A stretch of DNA of 64,000 nt from a bacterium (lineage in GTDB: Bacteria; Patescibacteriota; CPR2; UBA1875; JAJYID01): NCBI GenBank assembly GCA_030647205.1, contig JAUSJO010000008.1:28770-92769 (forward strand), read 5' to 3'. Shown piece after piece: positions 7,665-18,288 of the stretch (its first letter is position 1; every line of letters starts with the position of its first letter). The notes under the pieces are model-generated. The model had not been told where the DNA came from and ran no database searches. It saw only the letters and a program-made list of their open reading frames with translations. Both the position numbers and the translations under genes were made by a program.

Positions 7665-10652
7665 ATGAAAAAGTTTGTGCGTGTTGAGTCGAAACCGGAT
7701 TTTCCAAAGATAGATGAGGAAGTTCTTTCCTTTTGGAAGAAAAATCAGGTATTTGAGGAAACGCAGAAAAAAGATGAGAGCAAAGAAAGTTTCGTTTTCT
7801 TTGAAGGTCCGCCGACTGCAAACGGTAAGCCCGGCGTTCATCATGTTTTATCGCGTGTTTTTAAGGATATAATCCCACGTTTTAAAACCATGCAAGGTTA
7901 TCAAGTTGATAGAAAAGGCGGCTGGGATACGCATGGTCTTCCTGTAGAGCTTGAGGTAGAGAAGAACTTGGGCATTTCCGGAAAACCTGAGATAGAGAAG
8001 TATGGGGTAGAGAAATTCAACAAAAAATGCCGAGAAAGCGTTTTTAAATACGTAAAAGAGTGGGAAGAACTTACCGACAGGATTGGTTACTGGGTAGATA
8101 CAAAAGATCCTTATATTACTTATGATACCAGCTACATCCAAAGTTTGTGGTGGGTGCTTGGCGAGGCTTGGAAGAAAGATTTGCTATATGAGGGTTATAA
8201 AGTTGTGCCGTATTGTCCTCGTTGCGGGACTACCCTTTCCTCACATGAAGTTGCGCAAGGGTATGAAGATGTCACGGAAAATACGGTTTATGTAAAGTTT
8301 CCGGTGGAAGGGGAGAAGGATACTTACTTTCTGGCTTGGACAACAACTCCTTGGACATTACCGGGAAACAGCGGCCTCGCATTTGGCCCCGAAATAAAAT
8401 ACGTAAAAGTAGAGTCTGATGGCGGGAAATATATTTTAGCCAAGGACAGGGCAGAGACGGTATTTGCCGGCAAGAAATACAAAGTTCTGGAAGAGTTTTT
8501 TGGCAAGGAAATGGTTCAGGATGTTCTGAATAAACCGACCAAGACAAGCCATTATGAACCGCTTTTTGCAGAAGGCGCAAAATTTAAAAAAGAAGAGGAC
8601 ACCCAGGAGTACCGAGCTATCCTTGGAGATTTTGTCTCTACCGAAGACGGAACGGGGATAGTCCACATAGCGCCGGCATTTGGTGAAGACGACTATAATG
8701 TTGGGCGACTGAAAAACGATCTTTCGGTGCTGATGACAGTCGATGAACAGGGAAATGTACTTACAGATGTTGGAAAAGGGAAGTTTGCTAAGGACGCTGA
8801 CCCTCTAATAATTTCAGACTTAAAGAAACGGGGATTAATATTCAAAGAAGAAGAATATACTCACTCATATCCGTTCTGTTGGCGTTGTCACTCTCCCCTG
8901 CTTTATTATGCGCGTGATACTTGGTACATCAGGATGTCATCCCTCAAGGATGAGCTGGTTAAGAACAACGAGGAAGTTCACTGGTATCCTTCTCATATCA
9001 AAAATGGCCGTTTTGGTGAGTGGATCCGCGACGTGAAAGACTGGGCGCTATCGCGTGAGAGATACTGGGGCACGCCGCTGCCGATATGGAAATGCGAGAA
9101 ATGCGGGAAGAAAGAGCTTGTTTCAAGTTTCAAAGAATTAGGCGAAAAAACGCACAAAGAGATTGCTGACGACTTTGATCCGCACAGGCCGTATATCGAT
9201 GAATATACGTGGAAATGCGACTGTGGGGGCGACTTTAGGCGTTACTCGCATGTTATAGACTGTTGGTTTGACTCAGGGGCTATGCCGTACGCTCAGTGGG
9301 GTTATCCGTTTGAAGGGAATTCTGACAAAAATCTCGAGAGTCATTTCCCTGCCGACTATATTTGCGAAGCGGTGGATCAGACGAGAGGTTGGTTTTATAC
9401 ACTTCTTGCCATTTCCACATTTTTAGAAAAAGGACCGGCCTACAAACACGTCATTAGCTTGGGTCACATATTAGATGAAAACGGTCAGAAGATGTCGAAG
9501 TCTGTTGGAAACGTTGTAAATCCTTGGGATGTACTAAGTACTCACGGCGCTGACGCGCTTCGCTGGTATATGTACTCGGCAACAACGCCGGGCAATCCGC
9601 GAAATTTCTCTATCAAGCTCGTTGGCGAAGGGAAGAGGTTTCTAGTAACTTACTGGAATGTTTATAGTTTCTTTGTGACCTATGCATCGGTCGATAATTA
9701 CACGCCAAGTGAAAAGCGCAAAAAATCAGAGAATATTATGGATAAGTGGATTCTTTCTAGAAAGGCTAAGTTGGTTGAAAATATCACTAAACATTTAGAA
9801 AGATATAATATTTACAAAGCGACTCAGGAAATCGAGGGATTTTTAGATGATCTTTCAAACTGGTATGTTCGACAATCAAGGAAAAGATTTTGGAAGAGTG
9901 AAAACGACACCGACAAAACAGCTGCATATGACACTTTGTATGAAGTGCTAATTGATTTTACTAAAGTGTTAGCGCCATTCATGCCTTTCATAACAGAAAA
10001 AATATATCAAAATCTCAACTCGGACATTGGTAGTATTCACCTGTCTCAATGGCCGACTTCCGAAAAAGAAGAAATTGATGAGAAGATTGAGGAGAACATG
10101 AGTTTGCATAGATCTACTCTTAATCAGATACTTTCCCTAAGGTCTGACGCTGGTATTAAAGTCAGGCAACCTTTATCAGGAGCAACGATTGTTAATAAAA
10201 AAGGAATTGATTGGGATATGAAGCTTTTTATGTCGATTCTTGAGTCAGAAGCAAACCTAAAAGCAATCAGCGAGGAACCAGAATCAACTTGGCAAGTTCA
10301 AATAGGAAAAGATGAGAAAAATTATAGAGTAAGCGAAGATGAATGGGTGAGGGTGGCCCTTGATACAAAAATTACAGATGAGCTAAAACAAGAGGGGTTG
10401 GCTCGTGAAATAGTCAGGCAAGTTCAGGCAATGCGCAAAAAGGCCGGATTTAATGTCGAGGATAGGATTCATCTGTATTGGAGTACCGAAGATAAACTCT
10501 TGAAGTCAGTATTTGAAAAAGAGGGAAGCTATATCGCTAAAGAGACCCTGGCAAAAGAGGTTGTGGTTGGTGATGTGAAGGAATCAGACTACAATGAGAC
10601 AGCGAAGATAGAGGGGGCAGACATGTTGCTCGGTGTAAAAAAGGCTAAATAA
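7665..10652 (+). CDS. ileS: isoleucine--tRNA ligase (type 2)
   Basis: EGPPTANG.PGVHH, GWDTHGLPVE, AWTTTPWTLP, KMSKS, DQTRGWFY. Confidence 0.97.
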   Translation: MKKFVRVESKPDFPKIDEEVLSFWKKNQVFEETQKKDESKESFVFFEGPPTANGKPGVHHVLSRVFKDIIPRFKTMQGYQVDRKGGWDTHGLPVELEVEKNLGISGKPEIEKYGVEKFNKKCRESVFKYVKEWEELTDRIGYWVDTKDPYITYDTSYIQSLWWVLGEAWKKDLLYEGYKVVPYCPRCGTTLSSHEVAQGYEDVTENTVYVKFPVEGEKDTYFLAWTTTPWTLPGNSGLAFGPEIKYVKVESDGGKYILAKDRAETVFAGKKYKVLEEFFGKEMVQDVLNKPTKTSHYEPLFAEGAKFKKEEDTQEYRAILGDFVSTEDGTGIVHIAPAFGEDDYNVGRLKNDLSVLMTVDEQGNVLTDVGKGKFAKDADPLIISDLKKRGLIFKEEEYTHSYPFCWRCHSPLLYYARDTWYIRMSSLKDELVKNNEEVHWYPSHIKNGRFGEWIRDVKDWALSRERYWGTPLPIWKCEKCGKKELVSSFKELGEKTHKEIADDFDPHRPYIDEYTWKCDCGGDFRRYSHVIDCWFDSGAMPYAQWGYPFEGNSDKNLESHFPADYICEAVDQTRGWFYTLLAISTFLEKGPAYKHVISLGHILDENGQKMSKSVGNVVNPWDVLSTHGADALRWYMYSATTPGNPRNFSIKLVGEGKRFLVTYWNVYSFFVTYASVDNYTPSEKRKKSENIMDKWILSRKAKLVENITKHLERYNIYKATQEIEGFLDDLSNWYVRQSRKRFWKSENDTDKTAAYDTLYEVLIDFTKVLAPFMPFITEKIYQNLNSDIGSIHLSQWPTSEKEEIDEKIEENMSLHRSTLNQILSLRSDAGIKVRQPLSGATIVNKKGIDWDMKLFMSILESEANLKAISEEPESTWQVQIGKDEKNYRVSEDEWVRVALDTKITDELKQEGLAREIVRQVQAMRKKAGFNVEDRIHLYWSTEDKLLKSVFEKEGSYIAKETLAKEVVVGDVKESDYNETAKIEGADMLLGVKKAK

Positions 10653-10660
10653 ACTAAACT

Positions 10661-11761
10661 ATGTTTTTTAATCTCAGGTCCTTAAAAAACTTTGACTGGA
10701 TAGTTATCATCATTACCCTTTTGCTTTTCGCTATCGGTATCGCCATCATCTACTCCACAACTTATGGAATGACCGGCGGTAGTAAGGAAGCTATACAACA
10801 GGGTATATTCGGTATAGTTGGTGTTTTGGCATTTTTTTTAGTGGCATTTTTTGATTATCGTTCTTTTCGCGGGACCAGCAGCATCTTGTATTTTATTACA
10901 ATTCTACTTTTGGCGGTTGTATTTTTTACTGGGGTGACGACTATGGGTGCAACAAGGTGGATAAATATTGGTGGATTTCAGTTTCAGCCATCGGAGTTTG
11001 CGAAGCTTTTTATGATTATCGCGATGGCGAAGTACTTCAGTGAGCATGCTGAGGATATGCATAATTTCAAACGGATAGTCATATCGGGGATTTATTTTGC
11101 TATCCCGACGTTTCTGGTCATCTTGCAGCCTGACCTTGGAACTGCTCTTGTTTTTATCGTTATTTGGATATCGATGCTTGCTGTTAGCAGAATAAAATTG
11201 AAACACTTTTTAGTTCTTGTTATTGGAGCACTTCTACTTTTACCCATCGGCTGGGCAACGATGCACGACTATCAGAAGAAAAGAATCTTTGCACTAGTGG
11301 ATCCGGCGAGCGACCCTCAGGGTGCGGGATACAACGTAACACAGGCGCAGATAGCCATCGGTTCCGGGCAGATATTTGGACGGGGACTGGGGCATGGTTC
11401 GCAGTCACAACTAAACTTTATTCCTGAAAAACATACTGACTTTATTTTCGCTGCGCTAGCTGAAGAAATGGGATTTTTGGGATCGGCAATTGTGATCTCG
11501 CTCTTTGCGGTACTTATTTTCCGAGGCATTACGATTGCGGCGAAATCCCGTGATTATTTCGGCATGTATCTTTCGACCGGTATAGTGGCGATGCTAGCCT
11601 TCCATGTGTTTCTAAACATCGGCATGAATCTCGGCATCGCGCCGGTAGCCGGTATCCCGCTTCCTCTGATTAGTTTGGGCGGTTCCTCGGTTGTAGTAAC
11701 GTTTGTCCTAATAGGGATACTCGAAAGTATTCACATTCATCATAAAAAGATAGATTTCTAA
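10661..11761 (+). CDS. rodA: rod shape-determining SEDS protein RodA
   Basis: GATRWI, FQPSEFAK, QPDLGT, PEKHTDFIF, GIPLPLIS.GGS. Confidence 0.93.
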   Translation: MFFNLRSLKNFDWIVIIITLLLFAIGIAIIYSTTYGMTGGSKEAIQQGIFGIVGVLAFFLVAFFDYRSFRGTSSILYFITILLLAVVFFTGVTTMGATRWINIGGFQFQPSEFAKLFMIIAMAKYFSEHAEDMHNFKRIVISGIYFAIPTFLVILQPDLGTALVFIVIWISMLAVSRIKLKHFLVLVIGALLLLPIGWATMHDYQKKRIFALVDPASDPQGAGYNVTQAQIAIGSGQIFGRGLGHGSQSQLNFIPEKHTDFIFAALAEEMGFLGSAIVISLFAVLIFRGITIAAKSRDYFGMYLSTGIVAMLAFHVFLNIGMNLGIAPVAGIPLPLISLGGSSVVVTFVLIGILESIHIHHKKIDF

Positions 11762-11770
11762 GAGTCCAAA

Positions 11771-12634
11771 ATGAAAGAATTAAAAAAGTATATACCTCTC
11801 GATAAGTCTTGGGTTATGAGAATGGGGATTTTGGATCTATTAAATATATACCCCGACATAAATGTTTTTCTAAGCAAGCAAAGATTTCTTAGCGAAGACT
11901 TAACAGCCCTAAAGGGCGTTTGCAGAGATTGGAATTCAAAGAAAAAAATTGATGTTGGTGAGTCGGGGACTCTTTATAGGTTTCTCCAGTTCGTCTCGTG
12001 GAGGTTTGATCTTAATAAAGAATTTATAGTTCATGGTACATTGCAAAGTAGAAATATATGTAATAACCCTGAAATTGTCCAGTACTCTCTAGACAAACTC
12101 TTAAAACTGGATCAGGGCACTTCTCAATGGGCAAGCGCTGCTGTTTTGTGTGGGGACAAGGAGAAAATGAAAACCCCGCCGTACAAACTAAGGTTAACGT
12201 ATGAAGCGGTAAACCACTGGCAGAATCAAAGAGCTAAAGGAAAAACATGGAAAGCTCGTTATGACATAACTATTGAAAATCAAGCAAGGGCTTTCTTGGA
12301 AATATTAAATGGAGAGAATGCAATATTTAATCCGGAGCAGGCCGAAGATTACTGTTTTGCGAGGGTCTTCGGATTTATTACTAAAGAAGAAGGTGAAGAG
12401 CGTTGGCCCAGTTTAAGAGGGCACGAAAGTGATCGAATCGAAGAAATGGAAACGGCACTTGATGAATATCAGAATGGTAAAGTGATAACTTCCAAAGATC
12501 ACAGAGTGGTACAGGCGGTTGCTATGAAGGCAAAAGTAGATAGAAAAAACATTAGCTTTCAATATCCAAACTCTGTGAGTAAATCATGGCCTCAGTTTTG
12601 GGATTTTTTGGAGAATATAGAAAAAATACGGTAG
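11771..12634 (+). CDS. compact EPSP-synthase (AroA)-like protein
   Basis: DKSWVMR, VGESGTLYRF, TSQW, RGHESDRI, DHRV, VSKSWPQF in AroA order, but only 287 aa. Confidence 0.65.
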   Translation: MKELKKYIPLDKSWVMRMGILDLLNIYPDINVFLSKQRFLSEDLTALKGVCRDWNSKKKIDVGESGTLYRFLQFVSWRFDLNKEFIVHGTLQSRNICNNPEIVQYSLDKLLKLDQGTSQWASAAVLCGDKEKMKTPPYKLRLTYEAVNHWQNQRAKGKTWKARYDITIENQARAFLEILNGENAIFNPEQAEDYCFARVFGFITKEEGEERWPSLRGHESDRIEEMETALDEYQNGKVITSKDHRVVQAVAMKAKVDRKNISFQYPNSVSKSWPQFWDFLENIEKIR

Positions 12635-12700
12635 ATTTTTAGCCTTGACCAAAAGAGATTATTTTGGTAAACTCTATAAGTTAGCATTTTAAATAAAGAT

Positions 12701-13033
12701 ATGGTAGAAAAAGAAAACAAAAAGTTTGCAGTGATAAAAACCGGTGGGAAACAGTACAAGGTTTCTGAAGGCGATGTTTTTGATATTGAAAAAGTTGAAA
12801 TAGAAGACGGTAAAGATATCAACTTTGAAGAGGTTCTTTTAGTTGCTGATGGCGATAAAGTAGAAGTTGGCCAGCCAAATGTAAAGGATGCGAAAGTTAA
12901 GGCAAAGGTTGTGTCACAAGAAAAAGCCGATAAAATTATAGTCTTTAAGTATAAGAAACGGAAAAATTACAGAAAAAAGACCGGTCACAGGCAAAAAGTG
13001 ACGAAAGTTCAGATAGAAAAAATAAGCGTATAA
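12701..13033 (+). CDS. rplU: 50S ribosomal protein L21
   Basis: FAVIKTGGKQYKV, KYKKRKNYRKKTGHRQ. Confidence 0.97.
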   Translation: MVEKENKKFAVIKTGGKQYKVSEGDVFDIEKVEIEDGKDINFEEVLLVADGDKVEVGQPNVKDAKVKAKVVSQEKADKIIVFKYKKRKNYRKKTGHRQKVTKVQIEKISV

Positions 13034-13059
13034 AACAACCTCGAAAAGGGGTTGTTTTT
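13033..13059 (+). terminator. terminator after rplU
   Basis: aaacaacctc-gaaaag-gggttgtttt. Confidence 0.7.
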
Positions 13060-13159
13060 GCATAGTACAAGCGTTACGATAAAAACAGGTCATAGGAAAA
13101 TATCTTACCAAATTCTTATGGAGAACCTTACAATTTATACTACGAAGGAGGGAGGTGTA

Positions 13160-13390
13160 ATGTTGAAGCGTAAAGACATTGAGAAAGAGGTTAAAAGCCG
13201 GGTAGAAAAAGCGCTGGACTCATTGACAGTCAATATAACAAAGGAGATAACCATCGAAGGGCCGGTGTCGGGAGAGTCTCATGTATGTATGCTTTCTGAA
13301 GTGTTAAATGATAGCCAGAGGGCGAGAACTTTGAGGGAAATCGTCGAGTTTGAAAGCGGATTTCAGCACCTCAAAGCAAAAGTAGCGTAG
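13160..13390 (+). CDS. small hypothetical protein
   Basis: GGAGG RBS before ATG 13160; followed by hairpin aagggcccgc-atcgt-gcgggccctt. Confidence 0.65.
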   Translation: MLKRKDIEKEVKSRVEKALDSLTVNITKEITIEGPVSGESHVCMLSEVLNDSQRARTLREIVEFESGFQHLKAKVA

Positions 13391-13537
13391 TATAAATCCT
13401 TTAAAGGGCCCGCATCGTGCGGGCCCTTGTCCTTTGTAAATTTATTATTAAATTAGTAAACTTTAATGGTACAATAAAAGTATAAATGTCGGACTATTAT
13501 TATCCAAAATACACTCCGGCAAACAAGGAGAAGAAAA

Positions 13538-14677
13538 ATGACAGACAGTGTTCATATACCTAAAATAGTTATCACGGGAGGGCCATGCGGCGGAAAAACC
13601 ACAGGGATGAGCTATTGTGTTGAGAAACTTCAGGATTATGGATTCAAGCCTATAGTTATTCCCGAGACTCCAACCATGTTTATCCTTTCCGGTCTCGACC
13701 CAACAGTAATGGCTGCCGATGAGTATATTAGATTTGAGGAAGGTCTGCTCAAATCACAACTTCAGATAGAGGACAACTTTGTTTATTTGGCGACTCATTT
13801 GAATCATAATAAACCTGTTTTAATTTTTGATAGAGGCGTTATGGATATTGCTGCTTACCTTTCTCAGGAGCAGTTTGAGGCGATAGTTGATGATATGGGG
13901 ATGAGTATAACCTCGTTGCGTGACAAACGCTACGATGGGGTGTTTCATCTGGTTACGGCAGCGATCGGCGCGGAAAAGTTCTATACTTGCGAAAACAACC
14001 CTGCGCGACTAGAGACCAACCTTGAAGACGCGCGAGAGGCAGATAGGAAGACGATGGAGGCATGGGTTGGCGCTCCACATCTTCAGGTAATAGACAACTC
14101 TGACGACTTTGAGGGCAAAATGAAACGAACTTTCCAGGCAATATGCCGTGTACTTGGTATTCCTGTTCCCGTGGAAGATGAGCGTAAGTTTCTTGTTGCC
14201 GATTTTGATGAAGACGAACTGCCTTATCACCAAAAAATATCTATTGAGCAAGTGTATCTGCTATCAGAAGATGAGAATGATGAGGTGCGCATAAGGAAAA
14301 GAGGGCAAAACGGTGCGTTTTGCTACTATAAAACACACAAAGCTTCTACGGGAAAGGCGGGCAAAAGGTATGAGAAGGAAAGACCCATTACCGGAAAGGA
14401 ATATTGTGAGGAGCTTGCACATGCTGATCCTGATAGAGTCCCCATTAAAAAAGACAGGATATGCTTTTTGTGGAAGAACCAGTACTTTGAGCTCGACATT
14501 ATCAAGAGTCCCGGAAAACATGCCGGCAAGATTCTTCTTGAGATTGAGCTGACGGAAGATAACGAAGATGTTAAACTACCCTCTTTCATAAAGATACTAA
14601 AAGAAGTTACTGATGACCCTAGCTACCATAACTCTTCTTTGGCGCTAAAGAGTAGGGAATCATCTAAATCCGCTTAA
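13538..14677 (+). CDS. AAA_28 (NadR/Ttd14-like) P-loop ATPase fused to a CYTH domain
   Basis: ITGGPCGGKTT, FDRGVMD, EDERKFLV, VRIRKR, LLEIEL, EVTDDPSY. Confidence 0.85.
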   Translation: MTDSVHIPKIVITGGPCGGKTTGMSYCVEKLQDYGFKPIVIPETPTMFILSGLDPTVMAADEYIRFEEGLLKSQLQIEDNFVYLATHLNHNKPVLIFDRGVMDIAAYLSQEQFEAIVDDMGMSITSLRDKRYDGVFHLVTAAIGAEKFYTCENNPARLETNLEDAREADRKTMEAWVGAPHLQVIDNSDDFEGKMKRTFQAICRVLGIPVPVEDERKFLVADFDEDELPYHQKISIEQVYLLSEDENDEVRIRKRGQNGAFCYYKTHKASTGKAGKRYEKERPITGKEYCEELAHADPDRVPIKKDRICFLWKNQYFELDIIKSPGKHAGKILLEIELTEDNEDVKLPSFIKILKEVTDDPSYHNSSLALKSRESSKSA

Positions 14678-14724
14678 AAATCAAGTTTTAAGAAGATAGT
14701 TTTTCTGCTATAGTGAAGATAACT

Positions 14725-15489
14725 ATGGGACAGGTAATAACAGTGACAAACCAAAAGGGCGGGGTTGGAAAAACCACGACCACGATGAACTTGGCTGCGT
14801 ATCTTGCAAATGAAGGCAGTCGGGTTCTTTTAATTGACCTTGATCCGCAAGGAAACTCAACGAGTGGCATCGGCATAGACAGAAGAAGTGTCAACCGGTC
14901 TCTTTATGATATCCTGATAAACGAAGTTCACCCGCGCGAAGCGATTTACAAAACGAAATATGAAAATTTGCACATTATTCCTTCGGCTCAAGTTTTGGCG
15001 GCGGCTGAGGTAGAGCTTGTTTCCCACTTGGCCCGCGAGCACAAGCTGAAAAATGCTCTGGCAAAAATTTCAAACGATTACGACTACATATTCATGGATT
15101 CTCCTCCATCTTTGGGACTACTCACAGTAAACGGATTAACAGCCTCGGATAAAATATTAATTCCTGTCCAGGCAGAGTATTTTGCCCTTGAAGGTCTGGG
15201 TCAGCTTTTGCATACAGTACAAAGAATTAAAACGAATTTAAACCCAAAAATTGATTTGCTCGGAGTCCTTATAACAATGTATGATAAAAGAACGATACTT
15301 TCCCGGCAGGTTGAGGGTGAAGTGAAAAAACATTTTCCCGGAAAAGTTTTTGATACAGTTGTTCCGAGGAATATTCGTCTTGCTGAGGCGCCGAGTTTCG
15401 GCAAAAGTATATTTGGATATGACAAGCTTGGCAAAGGGGCAAGCGCTTATAAAAGTTTAGCAAAGGAGGTGCACTTAAAATGTCAGTGA
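14725..15489 (+). CDS. parA: ParA/Soj ATPase
   Basis: NQKGGVGKTTT, DLDPQGN, PVQAEYFALEGL, RLAEAPSFG. Confidence 0.96.
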   Translation: MGQVITVTNQKGGVGKTTTTMNLAAYLANEGSRVLLIDLDPQGNSTSGIGIDRRSVNRSLYDILINEVHPREAIYKTKYENLHIIPSAQVLAAAEVELVSHLAREHKLKNALAKISNDYDYIFMDSPPSLGLLTVNGLTASDKILIPVQAEYFALEGLGQLLHTVQRIKTNLNPKIDLLGVLITMYDKRTILSRQVEGEVKKHFPGKVFDTVVPRNIRLAEAPSFGKSIFGYDKLGKGASAYKSLAKEVHLKCQ

Positions 15490-16352
15490 AAGGTAGCAGG
15501 GGTTTAGGCAGGGGCTTGGATGCTTTGATCCCCACAAATAGTACAAGTCAGTCTTCAAATGTTTCAGGGAAACCGGAAGGCAGTCTTATAAATGTTCCAA
15601 CGAACTCTATCCGGCCAAACTCGCAGCAACCGAGACAGACATTTGGTGACGAATCTTTGGCGGATCTGGCAAGCTCAATCCAGGAACACGGAATTATCCA
15701 GCCTCTCGTTGTGGTTAAGGTAGAGGATGGTTATGAGCTTGTTGCCGGTGAGAGACGCTTAAGAGCGGCAAAAGTTATAGGACTAAAAGAAGTGCCGGTA
15801 ATAATCCGAAGTGCCAAAGAACTCAAAAAACTTGAGTTGGCGATGGTTGAAAATATTCAAAGAGACAATCTAAATGTCTTGGATGAAGCGCGCGGCTACA
15901 AAAGGCTGATGGACGAGTTTTCGCTCTCTCAGGAAGATGTCGCAAGGAAAATGGGAAAGTCGAGAAGTGCTGTTGCAAACAAAATCCGTCTTTTGGATTT
16001 ACCGGTGGAAGTAAAAAGGGCGATAAACGCAGGACAAATTTCAGAGGGGCACGGACGTGCGCTTTTGGGTCTTGATAACCCGGAACAGATTTTGATGCTT
16101 TGCGGACTTATCATCGCCCGTAAACTTTCCGTCAGAGAAACTGAGCAGAAGGTTAACGAGGTACTATCAGGTCAGAAAATATCGAGGTCTGATAAAAAAG
16201 AAAAAGACCCGAATGTTTTAGACCTTGAGAAACAGCTTCGTGAGTCGATCGGAGCGAGAGTGAAAATCCGAAGCAAGCGAAACGGCGGCTCTATTGTTAT
16301 CGACTATACATCCCAGCAAGAGCTGGAAAGAATCCTAGGACTTCTTAAATAA
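15480..16352 (+). CDS. parB: ParB/Spo0J partition protein
   Basis: GLGRGLDAL, QPR, AGERRLRA, ENIQR, HTH. Confidence 0.96.
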   Translation: MSVKGSRGLGRGLDALIPTNSTSQSSNVSGKPEGSLINVPTNSIRPNSQQPRQTFGDESLADLASSIQEHGIIQPLVVVKVEDGYELVAGERRLRAAKVIGLKEVPVIIRSAKELKKLELAMVENIQRDNLNVLDEARGYKRLMDEFSLSQEDVARKMGKSRSAVANKIRLLDLPVEVKRAINAGQISEGHGRALLGLDNPEQILMLCGLIIARKLSVRETEQKVNEVLSGQKISRSDKKEKDPNVLDLEKQLRESIGARVKIRSKRNGGSIVIDYTSQQELERILGLLK

Positions 16353-16359
16353 AATTATT

Positions 16360-16713
16360 ATGGGTATAAACGTAGAGTTTAATCCCGACTTGGCGCTTCG
16401 GGATATCTCAGAGTTTAAAAATGGAAACAGAGAAAAAGAAGAGTGCATCCCGGAAGATCTAAAAGCCGGGAGTATTTATGATTTTTTGAAAAGCGGGCAG
16501 AGAAACTATTGGTTGGAGGGTGAACTTCCTCTTCTTGAAACTAAGGGTGATGCAGTTTTATCCCGTCCGGTTGCGAGCATTATTATCTTAGAGATCACTC
16601 ATTTTAAAGAAAAAGATAAGGTCTATACAAAAGGTAAATATAAAGTAGTCGAAATTTTTAGTGATGATAAAATTTATTTTGAAAGCTATGCGAGGGTCGG
16701 AGTAAGAGACTAA
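16360..16713 (+). CDS. hypothetical protein
   Basis: 117-aa ORF directly after parB. Confidence 0.65.
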   Translation: MGINVEFNPDLALRDISEFKNGNREKEECIPEDLKAGSIYDFLKSGQRNYWLEGELPLLETKGDAVLSRPVASIIILEITHFKEKDKVYTKGKYKVVEIFSDDKIYFESYARVGVRD

Positions 16714-16827
16714 GCTGCGAGTGTTCGCTTGCCAAAGTGTAGCACTGTAAAATTTTTTATAGTATAATCATTGTCTCTAAGAATAACTTTGTGTACCTAT
16801 AAATGATTCCAAAAAGGAGTGGTATGA

Positions 16828-17484
16828 ATGGCGTATAGCCCTTTCTTGGATTTATATCCAACAAGCAAGATAAGTGGTAACAAGCTCAGCGAAGAAGAAA
16901 TAGCATACTACAGGAAAAAAGAAGCAGCAAAGAGGGGCGTATGTGGTGAAGAGGGTTGTGGCGTTCCACTTGCAGGTGACAATAAAACCGGGAAATGCTC
17001 TATTCATGGCGGAAGTAAATACGAAAATGTGAATATTGGCAAGTACCATAAGAAGTGGAGAGACGATTTCTTTAGGGCCTTTGGCGCACTTAAGGAAAGA
17101 GGTCATAAGGTTACCAGAGATAGTCTGGATGACATCCTTATAGATCGTCCTATAGATAAATGGCTAGAGGTGCTCAGAAGAGAAGGATATCTCGTCCCTA
17201 GGGCAGCGTCTGTGTTGTATGAAAGAGTCAAGGACAAGCCACTGTCAGAAGAATCAGCAACGGTGAAGCAGATCGTAGAAGGGGTAGAAAGTCTTGTCAT
17301 ACAAAATGCAAAAAGATCATTTTGTATGACAGAAATCCAGAAATACTGTGGAGTAACCCCAAAGATCGCTAAGCTGGCTCTCAAAAATGCCGTAGGCTTA
17401 GGCTATTTAAAGGCTGTAGAGCCGGCACAAGAAGTTACTCTTACCAAGAAAGGTAAACAATTTTTAGCCAAACTTGGTTACTGA
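16828..17484 (+). CDS. hypothetical protein with putative N-terminal Zn finger and C-terminal wHTH
   Basis: CGEEGC...CSIH; C-terminal GYL....VTLTKKG; own RBS and terminator. Confidence 0.6.
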   Translation: MAYSPFLDLYPTSKISGNKLSEEEIAYYRKKEAAKRGVCGEEGCGVPLAGDNKTGKCSIHGGSKYENVNIGKYHKKWRDDFFRAFGALKERGHKVTRDSLDDILIDRPIDKWLEVLRREGYLVPRAASVLYERVKDKPLSEESATVKQIVEGVESLVIQNAKRSFCMTEIQKYCGVTPKIAKLALKNAVGLGYLKAVEPAQEVTLTKKGKQFLAKLGY

Positions 17485-17487
17485 GAC

Positions 17488-17520
17488 AAGCGCCCCGATG
17501 GATATCGGGGCGCCTTTTTA
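17488..17520. terminator. terminator between convergent genes
   Basis: gcgccccgat-ggat-atcggggcgc followed by T run. Confidence 0.85.
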
Positions 17521-17534
17521 TTGCATGTTAAATT

Positions 17535-18164
17535 TTAGTATTTAGGATGAGGGATAAGACCAAGCTCGTTGATCGGTAAAATTCTGATCCATGCTTTTCC
17601 GGTAATGTGGTCTTTCGGTAGAACTCCCCATTCTCTAGAGTCGAGACTGGCATTGGGCTGTCTGTTGTCGCCGAGGACAAAGTATTCATTTTTGCCCAGG
17701 GTTTTGTTGATGCTACCCAGAAGTTTGTAGTTATCACTTTTTGGGATGTATGATTCATTTAAAACAAAACCATCAGGATGCTCTTTATTTTTTATTGTCA
17801 CGGTCCCGTCTTTGATGACGACAGTTTCTCCTGGTACGCCGATGATTCTTTTAATGAAATTAGTGCAGGGACCCTGAAGAAAAGTTCTATTGATAACGCT
17901 TTTTGATATAAAGCTGTCGCACTGGTTTTCGGGGTGCTTAAAAATTATGACTTCGCCACGATGCAGACCGAAGATCCTTGATGAAAGCTCCTCAACAAAG
18001 ATATACTCATTGTCGTGAAAGTTCGGTTCCATAGAACTCCCCTTGACAATGAAGGGCTGAATGATGAAAAAACGGACAACTATTATTAAAACAGAAACTA
18101 TCAATATTGTTTTGATTATTTCTTTAGTGAATATTTTTCCGTTTTCGGATTTTTCTTGTTCCAT
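17535..18164 (-). CDS. lepB: signal peptidase I
   Basis: VKGSSMEPNF, FIKRIIGVPGE, GDNR..SLDSR.WG. Confidence 0.95.
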   Translation of the reverse strand: MEQEKSENGKIFTKEIIKTILIVSVLIIVVRFFIIQPFIVKGSSMEPNFHDNEYIFVEELSSRIFGLHRGEVIIFKHPENQCDSFISKSVINRTFLQGPCTNFIKRIIGVPGETVVIKDGTVTIKNKEHPDGFVLNESYIPKSDNYKLLGSINKTLGKNEYFVLGDNRQPNASLDSREWGVLPKDHITGKAWIRILPINELGLIPHPKY

Positions 18165-18288
18165 AGAGCTATAACTTATTCTTTCTTACTACAAACTAAC
18201 AAACAGTGTAGCAACAAAACACTTGGCGGGCAATGGATTTTTTTGTATACTTTCCTTGTTAAACATTATCAAAATACGTAAAGGTAAA

